From contig NZ_CP045851.1 of assembly GCF_009650215.1 (NCBI RefSeq), positions 759,189 through 783,188 on the forward strand: 24,000 nucleotides of DNA. The letters run 5' to 3'. Under the pieces are notes generated by a model, which was not told the origin of the DNA, ran no database searches, and worked only from the letters and a program-made list of their open reading frames with translations. Origin of the DNA: Actinomarinicola tropica (GTDB lineage Bacteria > Actinomycetota > Acidimicrobiia > Acidimicrobiales > SKKL01). The position numbers and the translations under genes were made by a program. Shown in pieces: positions 8,119 through 16,010 of this stretch; within the stretch, counting starts at the first letter, position 1, and each line of letters starts with the position of its first letter.

Positions 8119-9666
8119 ATGGGAGCCGAGGAGCACCGCCAGCGCGTCCGGTCGATCATCGAGGACCCGGCGCTGACCTACCGCCAACGGGTGTACGCCC
8201 TGGCCGGCGCGGCCGAGGACGCGCTCGACCCGCCGGCGGTGAGCGCCGCCTGTGCGCTCGCCCTCGACAAGGGCCTGATCTGCGACCTGGCCGAGGGGCA
8301 CGCGCCGTATCGTCCCCGCTACACGCTGCCCGACTACGCCCGGGCCCTGGCCCGGGGCAGCACGTTCCTCGAGCTGCCCCCGCCGACGACGTTCGACGAG
8401 GCGACCACGTTCCTGCTCGCGGCGTACGCCAACGTCCCGTCGATCACCGGCTACCCGGTCTGGTTCGGCGACCTCGACCGGCTGCTCGAGCCCTTCGCCG
8501 CCGATCTCGACGACGACGAGCTGCGCACACGCCTGCGTCGGTTCTGGGTCCTGCTCGACCGGCTGTTCCCCGACGCCTTCGCCCACGCCAACCTCGGGCC
8601 GGCCGACGGGCGCGTGGTCCGGGCCGCGCTCGGCGTCCACCGCGACGTCCACCAGGTGGTCCCGAACCTGACACTGCGGGTCGACCCCGACGTCACGCCC
8701 GACGACCTGCTGCTCGAGGCGGCCCGCACGATCGTCACCGTCGCCCAGCCCCACCTGGTGAACCACCCGATGATGGTCGCCGACCTCGGCGAGCGGTACG
8801 GCGTGGTGTCCTGCTACAACGCGCTGCCGGTCGGCGGGGGCTCCCACACGCTCGTGCGGCTCAACCTGCTGGAGGCGGCTCGCCGCCACTCGGGCTCGGC
8901 GGAGCGGTTCCTCGACACGACCCTCCCCGGCGCGATCGCCCTGACGGCGGAGCTGATGGAGGCCCGCATCCGGCACGTCGTCGAGCAGGCCCGCTTCTTC
9001 GAGTCCTCGTGGCTCGTCGACGAAGGGCTGCTCTCGCTCGACCGCTTCACCGCGATGTTCGGCATCGTCGGGTTGGCCGAGTGCGTGGAGCACCTGCTGC
9101 TGCTCGACGGCCGCGAGGGCCGCTACGGCCGCGACCGTGCCGCCGACGACCTGGCCCACGACATCGTCGAGCGCGCCGCGGCGATCGTCCACGCCCTCCC
9201 CATGCCCCATTGCGAGGCGACCGGCGGACACGCCCTCCTGCACTCGCAGGCCGGGCTCGACTCCGACGCGGGGTTCACCGCAGGGACCCGGGTCCGCGTC
9301 GGGGACGAGCCGGACCTCTACCGCCACCTCGCCGCGGTGGCGCCGAACCACGCGCACCTCCCGTCGGGCGTGAGCGACATCGTGCGCCTCGACGAGACCG
9401 TGGTCGACAACCCGGAGGCCGTCGTCGACGTGGCGCGGGGCGCGCTCGCGCTCGGGATGCGGGACGTCACGTTCGAGGTGGCGAACGGCGAGTTCGTCCG
9501 GGTGACCGGCTACCTGGTGAGGCGCAGCGAGATCGAGAAGGTGGCGGCGGCGGACGCCGTGCGGCACTCGAGCAGCGTCCTCGGCGCCGGATCGTTCGCC
9601 AACGCCGGGCTGGATCGCCGCACCGCTCAGCGGGTGCGGTCGCACGAGCGGACGGTCGGGACGTGA
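8119..9666 (+). CDS. yjjI: YjjI-family (DUF3029) glycyl-radical enzyme
   Basis: 515 aa from ATG 8119; as I recall, E. coli YjjI is of similar size. Blocks shared with E. coli YjjI as I remember it: ICD..EGHAPY.PRY.LPDYA, PDAF.HANLGP.D.RV, NLT...DP..TPDDLLL, GVVSCYN.LP.GGG..TLVRLNL. The glycyl-radical motif VRVTGYLVR has its Gly codon at 9508..9510. Confidence 0.85.
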   Translation: MGAEEHRQRVRSIIEDPALTYRQRVYALAGAAEDALDPPAVSAACALALDKGLICDLAEGHAPYRPRYTLPDYARALARGSTFLELPPPTTFDEATTFLLAAYANVPSITGYPVWFGDLDRLLEPFAADLDDDELRTRLRRFWVLLDRLFPDAFAHANLGPADGRVVRAALGVHRDVHQVVPNLTLRVDPDVTPDDLLLEAARTIVTVAQPHLVNHPMMVADLGERYGVVSCYNALPVGGGSHTLVRLNLLEAARRHSGSAERFLDTTLPGAIALTAELMEARIRHVVEQARFFESSWLVDEGLLSLDRFTAMFGIVGLAECVEHLLLLDGREGRYGRDRAADDLAHDIVERAAAIVHALPMPHCEATGGHALLHSQAGLDSDAGFTAGTRVRVGDEPDLYRHLAAVAPNHAHLPSGVSDIVRLDETVVDNPEAVVDVARGALALGMRDVTFEVANGEFVRVTGYLVRRSEIEKVAAADAVRHSSSVLGAGSFANAGLDRRTAQRVRSHERTVGT

Positions 9667-10406
9667 CGTCGCTGCGCGTCGCCGACGTGGTGCGCTCGTC
9701 GTACGTGGACGGACCGGGGCACCGCTACGCGCTGTTCCTCCAGGGCTGCACGTTCAACTGCCCGGGCTGCCACAACCCGCACACGATCGCCCCCCGCTCG
9801 CCCGACGCCCGGGACGTGCCGGTGGCGGAGATCGTGGCCGACGTGGCGGAGGTGGCGCCGTTCCTCACCGGGATCACGGTGTCGGGCGGCGAGGCCACCC
9901 TGCAGTGGGAGGCGGTGCACGCACTGTTCGAGGCGTTGGCCCTCGACCCGGCGACCTCGCGCCTCACCCGCCTCGTCGACACGAACGGCGACGCCGAGGC
10001 CGGGGTGTGGTCGGTCCTCGCGACGTCGATGCACGGCGCCATGGTCGACCTGAAGGCCCTCGACCCCCACGTCCACCGGGTGCTCACCGGCCGCACCAAC
10101 GATCGGGTCCTGCGCTCGATCCGCGACCTCGCGGCACGGCGGCGGCTGGACGAGGTGCGGCTTCTCGTCGTGCCGGGCGTGAACGACACCGCGGATCAGA
10201 TCGACGCCACCGGTCGGTGGTTGGCGTCGATCGATCCCGTTCCTCCCGTGGTGGCGCAGGGGTTCCGCCACCACGGGACCCGTCTGCGGGCCCGGGCGTG
10301 GGCCGAGGCCACCACGAGGGACCTCGAGCGGGTCGCCGACGGCCTCGCCGCCTACGGCCTGGACGTGCGCCGGCGCTCGCTGCCCGAGGTCGCCGTCGCG
10401 GTCTAG
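9663..10406 (+). CDS. yjjW: glycyl-radical enzyme activase, YjjW/PflA-like radical SAM protein
   Basis: The GTG start at 9663 overlaps the yjjI stop (GTGA). The N-terminus reads VDGPGHRYALFLQGCTFNCPGCHNP, giving a CX3CX2C cluster (Cys codons 9747, 9759, 9768). GGEAT is a SAM-binding motif. Only the last 247 aa of listed ORF 8067..10406 are real. Confidence 0.9.
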   Translation: MTSLRVADVVRSSYVDGPGHRYALFLQGCTFNCPGCHNPHTIAPRSPDARDVPVAEIVADVAEVAPFLTGITVSGGEATLQWEAVHALFEALALDPATSRLTRLVDTNGDAEAGVWSVLATSMHGAMVDLKALDPHVHRVLTGRTNDRVLRSIRDLAARRRLDEVRLLVVPGVNDTADQIDATGRWLASIDPVPPVVAQGFRHHGTRLRARAWAEATTRDLERVADGLAAYGLDVRRRSLPEVAVAV

Positions 10407-11269
10407 GGATCCACCCGGTGGTGGCGGAGGCGGTCGAGGGCGTCGACGGTGACCATGCCCCGCCACTCCCACACCGACGGCTCGGTCGGCGGCTCCCACC
10501 GGATGGGCCAGCCGCCGTCGGGCTGCTGCTCGGAGGCGAGCGCGTCGAGGTGGGCGGCGACGAGGTCGGCGTCGAACCAGCTGCGCCAGGTGCTGTCCGG
10601 TCGGGGGGCGATGTCGAGCGGGGTGAGGCCGTACTCGGGGTCGTCGGGGTCGGCACGGTAGTCGGGGGCGTCGACGAGCGCGGTGAGCACCTGTGGGGCG
10701 AGCCGCTCGGCCGTCGCCCGGTCGGGGAGGTGGGTGAGGAGCGTCAGCGCGCACAGGTGCACGTGGGCGTTGCCCTCGACACCGGCGGCGATGGCGTCGA
10801 GGCACCAGGCCGTGGCGTCGTCGAGCCAGGCGTGGCGCACCTGCTGTCCGTGCAGGAGCCCGGCGATCGCCGCCGTGGGGTTGAGGCCGGGCGGGAAGCT
10901 GGTGACCTCCTGCCAGTGGCTCGCCCGGGGGTGGTCGGCGAAGGACGGGAACATGATCGGCAGGGCGCCGGCGCGGTCGGCGACGCCGGCCAGGTGGTCG
11001 CAGAGCGATGCGGTCACGTCGTCGGGCAGGTGGGCGTCGACGCTCCCGACCGCCTCCAGGGCGACCTGGGCGTAGAGCGGTTGGCTGGCGGGGTCGCGGG
11101 TGTCGGGCTCGAGGCCGTGGCCGAACCCGCCGTCGGGGTTGCGGTAGGCGAGCACAGCGGCGACGACCGCGTCGGTCGGGCCGCCGTCGAGCAGGGCGAT
11201 GGCGCGGCGCTGGTCGAGGATGCGGGCGTGGGCGCGGATGAAGGCGCGTGCCGCGGGGATGTCGGGCAT
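10403..11269 (-). CDS. prenyltransferase/terpenoid-cyclase-like alpha/alpha-toroid repeat protein, function unknown
   Basis: 288 aa from ATG 11269 (MPDIPAARAF). QW-like repeats: YRNPDGGFGHGLEPD and EQQPDGGWPIRWEP. GAGGAG lies upstream and overlaps the stop of the WYL regulator. Its stop codon overlaps the yjjW stop in a palindromic CTAG (10403..10406). Confidence 0.65.
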   Translation of the reverse strand: MPDIPAARAFIRAHARILDQRRAIALLDGGPTDAVVAAVLAYRNPDGGFGHGLEPDTRDPASQPLYAQVALEAVGSVDAHLPDDVTASLCDHLAGVADRAGALPIMFPSFADHPRASHWQEVTSFPPGLNPTAAIAGLLHGQQVRHAWLDDATAWCLDAIAAGVEGNAHVHLCALTLLTHLPDRATAERLAPQVLTALVDAPDYRADPDDPEYGLTPLDIAPRPDSTWRSWFDADLVAAHLDALASEQQPDGGWPIRWEPPTEPSVWEWRGMVTVDALDRLRHHRVDP

Positions 11270-11280
11270 TCGGGAGCTCC

Positions 11281-11964
11281 TCAGGGGGCGATGGTGTCGA
11301 AGGGGACGTCGAGGACCTCGTCGAGGTCCCGGTGGGGGGCGACCTCGTCGGTGAGCTCGATCGTCTCGATGCGGTCGAGGCGGAAGACCCGGCCGTCGTC
11401 GCGGAGGCGGCACCAGCCGACGAGGTACGTCGCGTCGGCGTGGACGTGGAGGCCGTGGACCTCGACGGTGCGCTCGGTCCGGCGGTCGTGGCCGTCGGTG
11501 TAGGTGAGGGTGACGACCCGCCGGTCCCGCAGCGCGGCCTCGACGGCGCGGAGGACGGTGGCGTCGTGCGGCTCGGGCGGTCGAAGGCGCAGTCGCTGCG
11601 CGAGTTGCTCGGCGGCCGCGACCTGGTCGGGACGCATGGCGGCGAGCAGCTTCTGGCGGGCCCGGCGGCCCGCGTGGGCGAAGGGCGCGCTGGGCGCCGC
11701 TGCGAGGGCGAGCATGACCGCCAGCGCCTCGTCGGCTTCCAGGTTGAGCGGTGGCAGCGTGGCGCGGGCGTCGATGGCGTAGCCGCCCGTGCGGCCACGC
11801 TCGGCCCAGATCGGCACGCCGGACTGCTGGAGCGCGGCGATGTCGCGCTCGATCGTGCGCACGCTGACCTCGAACCGCTCGGCCAACCGGGTGGCCGACA
11901 GCGGACGCGGCGCGACGGCGCGCAGCTCCTCGACGAGGGCGTAGAGGCGGTCGGTCCGGTTCAT
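11281..11964 (-). CDS. YafY-family transcriptional regulator (HTH plus WYL domain)
   Basis: 227 aa from ATG 11964 (MNRTDRLYALVEELR). The DeoR/YafY-type HTH reads SATRLAERFEVSVRTIERDIAALQQSGVPI. The WYL region reads YLVGWCRLRDDGRVFRLDRI. Confidence 0.85.
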   Translation of the reverse strand: MNRTDRLYALVEELRAVAPRPLSATRLAERFEVSVRTIERDIAALQQSGVPIWAERGRTGGYAIDARATLPPLNLEADEALAVMLALAAAPSAPFAHAGRRARQKLLAAMRPDQVAAAEQLAQRLRLRPPEPHDATVLRAVEAALRDRRVVTLTYTDGHDRRTERTVEVHGLHVHADATYLVGWCRLRDDGRVFRLDRIETIELTDEVAPHRDLDEVLDVPFDTIAP

Positions 11965-12013
11965 CCACCCACCGAGCGTGCGTCGGTCACCCGACAACCC
12001 TATGTCGGGTATT

Positions 12014-13309
12014 TCAGGCGACCTCGGCGAGCTCGGCGAGGAGGGTGTCGCGGGCCCAGGCCGTGAGACGTTCGCCGGCCCCTCGTCGGCGTTGCCGTGC
12101 GCCCAGGCGTCGGCGGAGACCCGGTGTCGCGGGGTGTCGGGCGGACACCGATCGCCCGGCGGGATCGACGAGCTCCCATCGGTGCCGTCCCGGCGGGGGA
12201 TCGGCCGCCGGCCGGAGGTGGAGTTGGTTCCGGTGCACGACCCTGTGGTGGTGGCGGCACAGGAGGACCAGGTTGTCGAGCCGGGTCGGGCCACCGTCCG
12301 CCCAGTGGTGGATGTGGTGGGCGATCAGCCGACGGGTGGCCCCGCATCCGGGGTAGCAGCAGCCACCGTCGCGGGCGAGGAGAGCCCGCCGTTGCGCGGC
12401 CGTGGCGAAGCGGGTGGGCTCGGTGACGGCCACGGGCACGCCCCGCACCATCAGCGTCGTCGTGATGGGCCCCTGCTCAGCGAGCATCGGAAGCCACCAG
12501 TGGGGGACTGCGCCCGCCCCGGGGATGAACGCCCGGTCGATCACCAGGCCCTCCTCCACCTCCCGCGCGTGCACGACGACGTTCACGGTGGCCGTCTCGG
12601 GCGCGAACCCCACGTCGTTGGTCCTGGTGCTGGTGGCGCGCTCGCCGAGGGCGAGCAAGGCCTCGGCGCACGAGCGCTGGTGCGGCGGCGTCGGCCCCGT
12701 CTCGTCACGCCCGTCGAGGCGCTCGCGCTCGGATTCGAGCCAAGCCTGAAGCGCCGCACCGTCGGCGGCGTCGAAGTCGCCGCTCAGCTGGAAGCGACCG
12801 TCGCGCCAGTGCCAGCGTGCCCGCGAGGGGTCGGGCTCGTCGTCCTCGTCGGGCTCGGCGTCGTCGTCCTGCCGGCGGGCCGGCGCCGTGATGCGCGCGT
12901 GCTCCTGGAGCACGCGCTCGAGCTGGTTGCCGGTGAGCTCGCGCGTGGCCTCCAGGAGGGCAGCTTCGTTCTCCGGCGTGGCCCGCCGGGCGATGGCGAG
13001 CACCGACCGCAACGAGCGCTCGCCGCTGGACAGCACCTGACGTGTGAGCGGAAGCTCCGACAGGCGGTCGACGAGCTCGACCACCTCCCGGGCCTCGGCC
13101 CCTGTCATCCCCAACGCCCACGCGAGGTACGACGGCCACGGGTCGGCGCAGTTCGTCTCCATGAGCTCGGCAGTGCGGGCCACGAGCTGGGCCTGCCACG
13201 CCGCGACCTGCCCGGCGGCCTCGGTCGCGGCGGCGAGGAGCACCTCGTGCCGCGCCGCGTCGTCGCCAGGGTTCGGGGGTTCGGCCACCTGCAACTCGTT
13301 CGCCGCCAT
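12014..13309 (-). CDS. DUF222 / HNH endonuclease domain protein (actinobacterial 13E12-repeat type)
   Basis: 431-aa ORF. The N-terminal DUF222-like region includes AELMETNC...YLAWALGMTGAEAREVV. The C-terminal HNH region reads CCYPGCGATRRLIAHHIHHWADGGPTRLDNLVLLCRHHHRVVH. Confidence 0.85.
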   Translation of the reverse strand: MAANELQVAEPPNPGDDAARHEVLLAAATEAAGQVAAWQAQLVARTAELMETNCADPWPSYLAWALGMTGAEAREVVELVDRLSELPLTRQVLSSGERSLRSVLAIARRATPENEAALLEATRELTGNQLERVLQEHARITAPARRQDDDAEPDEDDEPDPSRARWHWRDGRFQLSGDFDAADGAALQAWLESERERLDGRDETGPTPPHQRSCAEALLALGERATSTRTNDVGFAPETATVNVVVHAREVEEGLVIDRAFIPGAGAVPHWWLPMLAEQGPITTTLMVRGVPVAVTEPTRFATAAQRRALLARDGGCCYPGCGATRRLIAHHIHHWADGGPTRLDNLVLLCRHHHRVVHRNQLHLRPAADPPPGRHRWELVDPAGRSVSARHPATPGLRRRLGARQRRRGAGERLTAWARDTLLAELAEVA

Positions 13310-13346
13310 GTCCCCATCATCCCCAGGGGGTGTGACAGCGAACGGG

Positions 13347-13739
13347 TCAGAGGTTGTTCTTGTGGAGCTTCTCCGGGGTGATCCTCACGATCGCCCGCTC
13401 GCTCTGGATCTGGGCCCCGTAGTCGTTGCCGGTGTAGCGGCGGGAGAGGGCGTCGATGTGGGTCCGGGCCTCGTCGCCCCGGACCGTCTCGGCGACCCGT
13501 CCCCGCACCTCCACGTACTGGTACGGGTTCTCGCCGTTGATGACGGTGATCGTCACCCGCGGGTCGCGCTCGATGTCCTTGAACTTCGCCCGGTGCACCT
13601 CGGTGTTGATGAGCACGTGCTCGTCGTCGGCGTCCACCCACATCACGTGGGTGCGGGGCTGGCCGTCGGCCGAGAGCGTGGTGAGGGCCGCGAAGTTCTT
13701 GGCGGTGGCGAGGTTCTTGAGGTCGGCGTCGATGGTCAT
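13347..13739 (-). CDS. PPOX-class (pyridoxamine 5'-phosphate oxidase fold) probable F420-dependent oxidoreductase
   Basis: 130 aa from ATG 13739 (MTIDADLKNLATAKNFAALTTLSADGQPRTHVMWV...RDPRVTITV). The upstream part of listed ORF 13347..14006 is Arg-rich shadow. Confidence 0.75.
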   Translation of the reverse strand: MTIDADLKNLATAKNFAALTTLSADGQPRTHVMWVDADDEHVLINTEVHRAKFKDIERDPRVTITVINGENPYQYVEVRGRVAETVRGDEARTHIDALSRRYTGNDYGAQIQSERAIVRITPEKLHKNNL

Positions 13740-13768
13740 GGGAGGTGCAACACCGCGAGGGCCGGTCG

Positions 13769-14314
13769 TCATCCCGCTCGGCGCAGCAGCTCGACGAACT
13801 CGGCCGCGGCGGCATCGACCCCTGCCTCGTCGTCGGTCGCGACGAGATCGAGCAGCAGGCCCCGGGTCACGGCGAGGACGAGCCGGATCCGCGCCCGGTC
13901 GACCGTGCCGCCCGAGGCCTCCGCGGCGGCGTCGAGCCACCCGTCGATCGCCGGCCCGAGCAGTCGGGTGAACGGCTCCTCGCCCTGCGCACCACGGGCG
14001 TAGCACTCGAAGAAGAGCCGCTCGAACGGCCGCAGCTCCCGCCGTCGGAGGTCGGCCCAGGAGGCGGCGACGGCTTCGGCCGGGTCGTCCGGCAGCTCGG
14101 TGAGCATCAGGACCTGGCGCCGCTCGACCTCCTCGACGATCGCGAGCAGCAGCTCGTCGCGCGAGCCGAGGTGGTGGATGAGCATCCGGTGGCTGGTCCC
14201 GACCGCCGCCGCGAGGTCCCGCAGCGACCGACCGCCGATGCCGTGCGCCGCGACCTCGTCGATCAGGGCGTCGAGCAGCTGGCGGCGCCGGGTGTCGTCA
14301 GGAGGCCGCGGCAT
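13769..14314 (-). CDS. TetR/AcrR family transcriptional regulator
   Basis: 181 aa from ATG 14314 (MPRPPDDTRRRQLLDALIDEVAAHGIGGRSLRDLAAAVGTSHRMLIHHLGSRDELL), which is a TetR N-terminal HTH. It overlaps the upstream SRPBCC gene by 17 nt. Confidence 0.85.
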   Translation of the reverse strand: MPRPPDDTRRRQLLDALIDEVAAHGIGGRSLRDLAAAVGTSHRMLIHHLGSRDELLLAIVEEVERRQVLMLTELPDDPAEAVAASWADLRRRELRPFERLFFECYARGAQGEEPFTRLLGPAIDGWLDAAAEASGGTVDRARIRLVLAVTRGLLLDLVATDDEAGVDAAAAEFVELLRRAG

Positions 14315-14747
14315 CGCGACCGTGGTGGAGAGCCTCGGCGCGTGCCCGCAGCCCCTCGGCCTCCATGCGGAGGAACCGGCGGGACGTGCGGCGCATCGCC
14401 AGCCCGACGAGCATGCCGAGCGGTCCGCGCTGGTCGACGCCCTGGCGGACCCGGGTGCGCCCGTCGTCGAGCGCGACGACCTCGTGGAACGCCGTGGTCC
14501 GCGCGCCGGGGGAGCTCTGGCTCCACACCCAACCTCGCCCCGGGTCGAGGGAGGCGATCTCCCACACGAGCCGCGGCATGCCCGGCTGGCGCAGCGCGAA
14601 CCGGCGGCCGACCGCGAGGTCGGACCCGTCGAGGGGCTCGACCGCCGTGACCGACTCGGTCCATGTGGGCCACCGCTCGACGTCGGCGAACACCCGCCAG
14701 ACCGTCGCCGCGGGCGCACCGATGTCGATGGACGTCTCCGTGATCAT
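14298..14747 (-). CDS. SRPBCC (polyketide cyclase/dehydrase, START-like) family protein
   Basis: 149 aa. The opening MITETSIDIGAPAATVWRVFADVERWPTWTESV is typical of SRPBCC proteins. Confidence 0.8.
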   Translation of the reverse strand: MITETSIDIGAPAATVWRVFADVERWPTWTESVTAVEPLDGSDLAVGRRFALRQPGMPRLVWEIASLDPGRGWVWSQSSPGARTTAFHEVVALDDGRTRVRQGVDQRGPLGMLVGLAMRRTSRRFLRMEAEGLRARAEALHHGRDAAAS

Positions 14748-14763
14748 GTACCAAGTGGTACAT
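14746..14763. promoter_or_regulatory. 18-bp perfect palindrome ATGTACCA-AG-TGGTACAT; candidate TetR operator abutting the SRPBCC start codon
   Basis: Read directly from the sequence. It has 8-nt perfectly complementary arms with a 2-nt spacer and is AT-rich in a GC-rich background. It overlaps ATG 14747..14745. A TTGACG hexamer on the minus strand lies at 14783..14778. Confidence 0.5.
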
Positions 14764-14786
14764 CAACGATGGCGAACCGTCAACGG

Positions 14787-15416
14787 TCAGCCGACCGGAC
14801 GCCGGCCCACCGCGAGGAAGAGAGGGAACGTGCCGTCCTCGCGCTCGACGTGGGTGCAGTCGCCGACCTCGACGTCGACGAACCCCGCGGCCTCCATCCG
14901 CCGCGCCAGGTCGTCCCGCTCGAAGCCGTGGTGGATCTCGCCGTGCCCGTGTCCCTCGCCGTGGAAGGACCCGTCCTCGGCGTCCAGGTCGACGATCGCC
15001 ACCCGCCCGCCCGGGTCGAGCAACGTCGCGACGTTGGCGAGCACGGCGTCGGTGTCGGGGATGTGGTGCAGCGCCATCATCGACACGACCAGGTCGAACC
15101 GGTCGTCGGGGATCGGGCCGCTCGCGAGGTCGAGGTCCCAGACCCGGGCGTCGGTGAGCTTGCCGGCGGCGATCTTGTCCTCCATCACCTGCCGCATCCC
15201 CGCCGAGGTGTCCGTCAGCGTGACCGGCCCCACGTGGGGACGCAGCGCCTGGGTGAGCAACCCGGTGCCGGCGCCCAGCTCGAGGACGCGCTGGGAGGGG
15301 TCGAGTGTGACCGCGGCGCGGATCGCCTCGGCCACCCGGCGCGCCCGGTCGACCTTGCCGGGGTCGTCCCACGTCGCCGCCCGGTCGTCGAAGCTGTGCC
15401 CGTGATCGTGATCCAT
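14787..15416 (-). CDS. class I SAM-dependent methyltransferase
   Basis: 209 aa. Motif I is VLELGAGTGLLT, followed by an acidic post-I residue and FDLVVSMMALHHI. Confidence 0.85.
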   Translation of the reverse strand: MDHDHGHSFDDRAATWDDPGKVDRARRVAEAIRAAVTLDPSQRVLELGAGTGLLTQALRPHVGPVTLTDTSAGMRQVMEDKIAAGKLTDARVWDLDLASGPIPDDRFDLVVSMMALHHIPDTDAVLANVATLLDPGGRVAIVDLDAEDGSFHGEGHGHGEIHHGFERDDLARRMEAAGFVDVEVGDCTHVEREDGTFPLFLAVGRRPVG

Positions 15417-15439
15417 CTCCGCACCCTACGGCCGCCGAC

Positions 15440-15691
15440 GTGACCGTCTACCTGGCCTACAGCGATGCCGTCGTCGACGAGGACGCGCAGGGCCCCTGGG
15501 ACGAGGTCGTCCTCCTCGAGCCGCACCTCGCGTTCGTGCGCAGCGAGCTCCACCGCTCGGCCGTCTACCACGGGCTGAAGGACGCGCTGCCGGCCGGTGC
15601 GTCGCTCCTCGTCGTCGAGCTCGACGAGGTCCCGAAGTTCAAGGGCATGGCGTCGGGCACCCTCGCCTGGGCCCGACGGCACATCCCCTAA
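15440..15691 (+). CDS. hypothetical protein (83 aa)
   Basis: GTG-start ORF with consistently high GC3 and a non-shadow-like composition. I recognise no family. It lies only 23 bp from the divergent methyltransferase start. Confidence 0.5.
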   Translation: MTVYLAYSDAVVDEDAQGPWDEVVLLEPHLAFVRSELHRSAVYHGLKDALPAGASLLVVELDEVPKFKGMASGTLAWARRHIP

Positions 15692-15788
15692 TTCGCTGGC
15701 CGGTGCACGCCGGGCTCCGTACGGTGCCCCGCCATGAAGCTGTGAGATCCCGCCACCGTTCCGACCGTGTCAGCAGGAAGGGGATCTC

Positions 15789-16010
15789 ATGTCATCCATG
15801 CCGCGCACCGGTGGACGCCGTCCCGGCTCCACCTCCAGCCGGGTCACGCCCAAGGGCACCCGCACCGCGGGCCCGTCGCGCCAGGCGCGTCGCACCGGGG
15901 CCGCAGTGACCGCCCAGCGCCCGGACCGAGGCGGCCGCTCCTGGCGGCCGCCCACCCGTGGTCAGGGGTTCAGCCCCGGCCACTCGGTCCGCTCCCGCGG
16001 GAACCGTTGA
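15789..16010 (+). CDS. candidate small Arg-rich basic protein (73 aa)
   Basis: A strong SD-like AGGAAGGGG (15775..15783) lies 5 nt before ATG 15789. GC3 is high. The composition (R/P/G/T-rich) also resembles a GC shadow ORF, so this call is uncertain. Confidence 0.3.
   Translation: MSSMPRTGGRRPGSTSSRVTPKGTRTAGPSRQARRTGAAVTAQRPDRGGRSWRPPTRGQGFSPGHSVRSRGNR

Noticed and set aside
7807-11798. 612-aa (7807..9645) and 723-aa (9627..11798) minus-strand ORFs, plus the N-terminal 530 aa of the 779-aa plus-strand ORF 8067..10406.
   Set aside because: They are antisense or out of frame to the yjjI, yjjW, toroid-repeat and WYL genes. Their composition is Arg/Pro-dominated with no family signatures. Only the last 247 aa of 8067..10406 (the radical-SAM activase) are credible.
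11989-12010. 8-bp-stem hairpin (ACCCGACA..TGTCGGGT) between the HNH stop and the WYL-regulator start, considered as a terminator or mobile-element end.
   Set aside because: The stem is too short, there is no U-tract, and I saw no matching repeat on the other flank of the HNH gene. I keep it only as a possible regulator-binding site.
12014-13309. Interpreting WYL regulator plus HNH nuclease as an anti-phage defence module.
   Set aside because: The HNH protein is the common DUF222/13E12 type and is not part of any defence architecture I know. The two genes are separated by a 49-bp promoter-like spacer. The WYL gene is instead tightly coupled to the downstream toroid-repeat gene.
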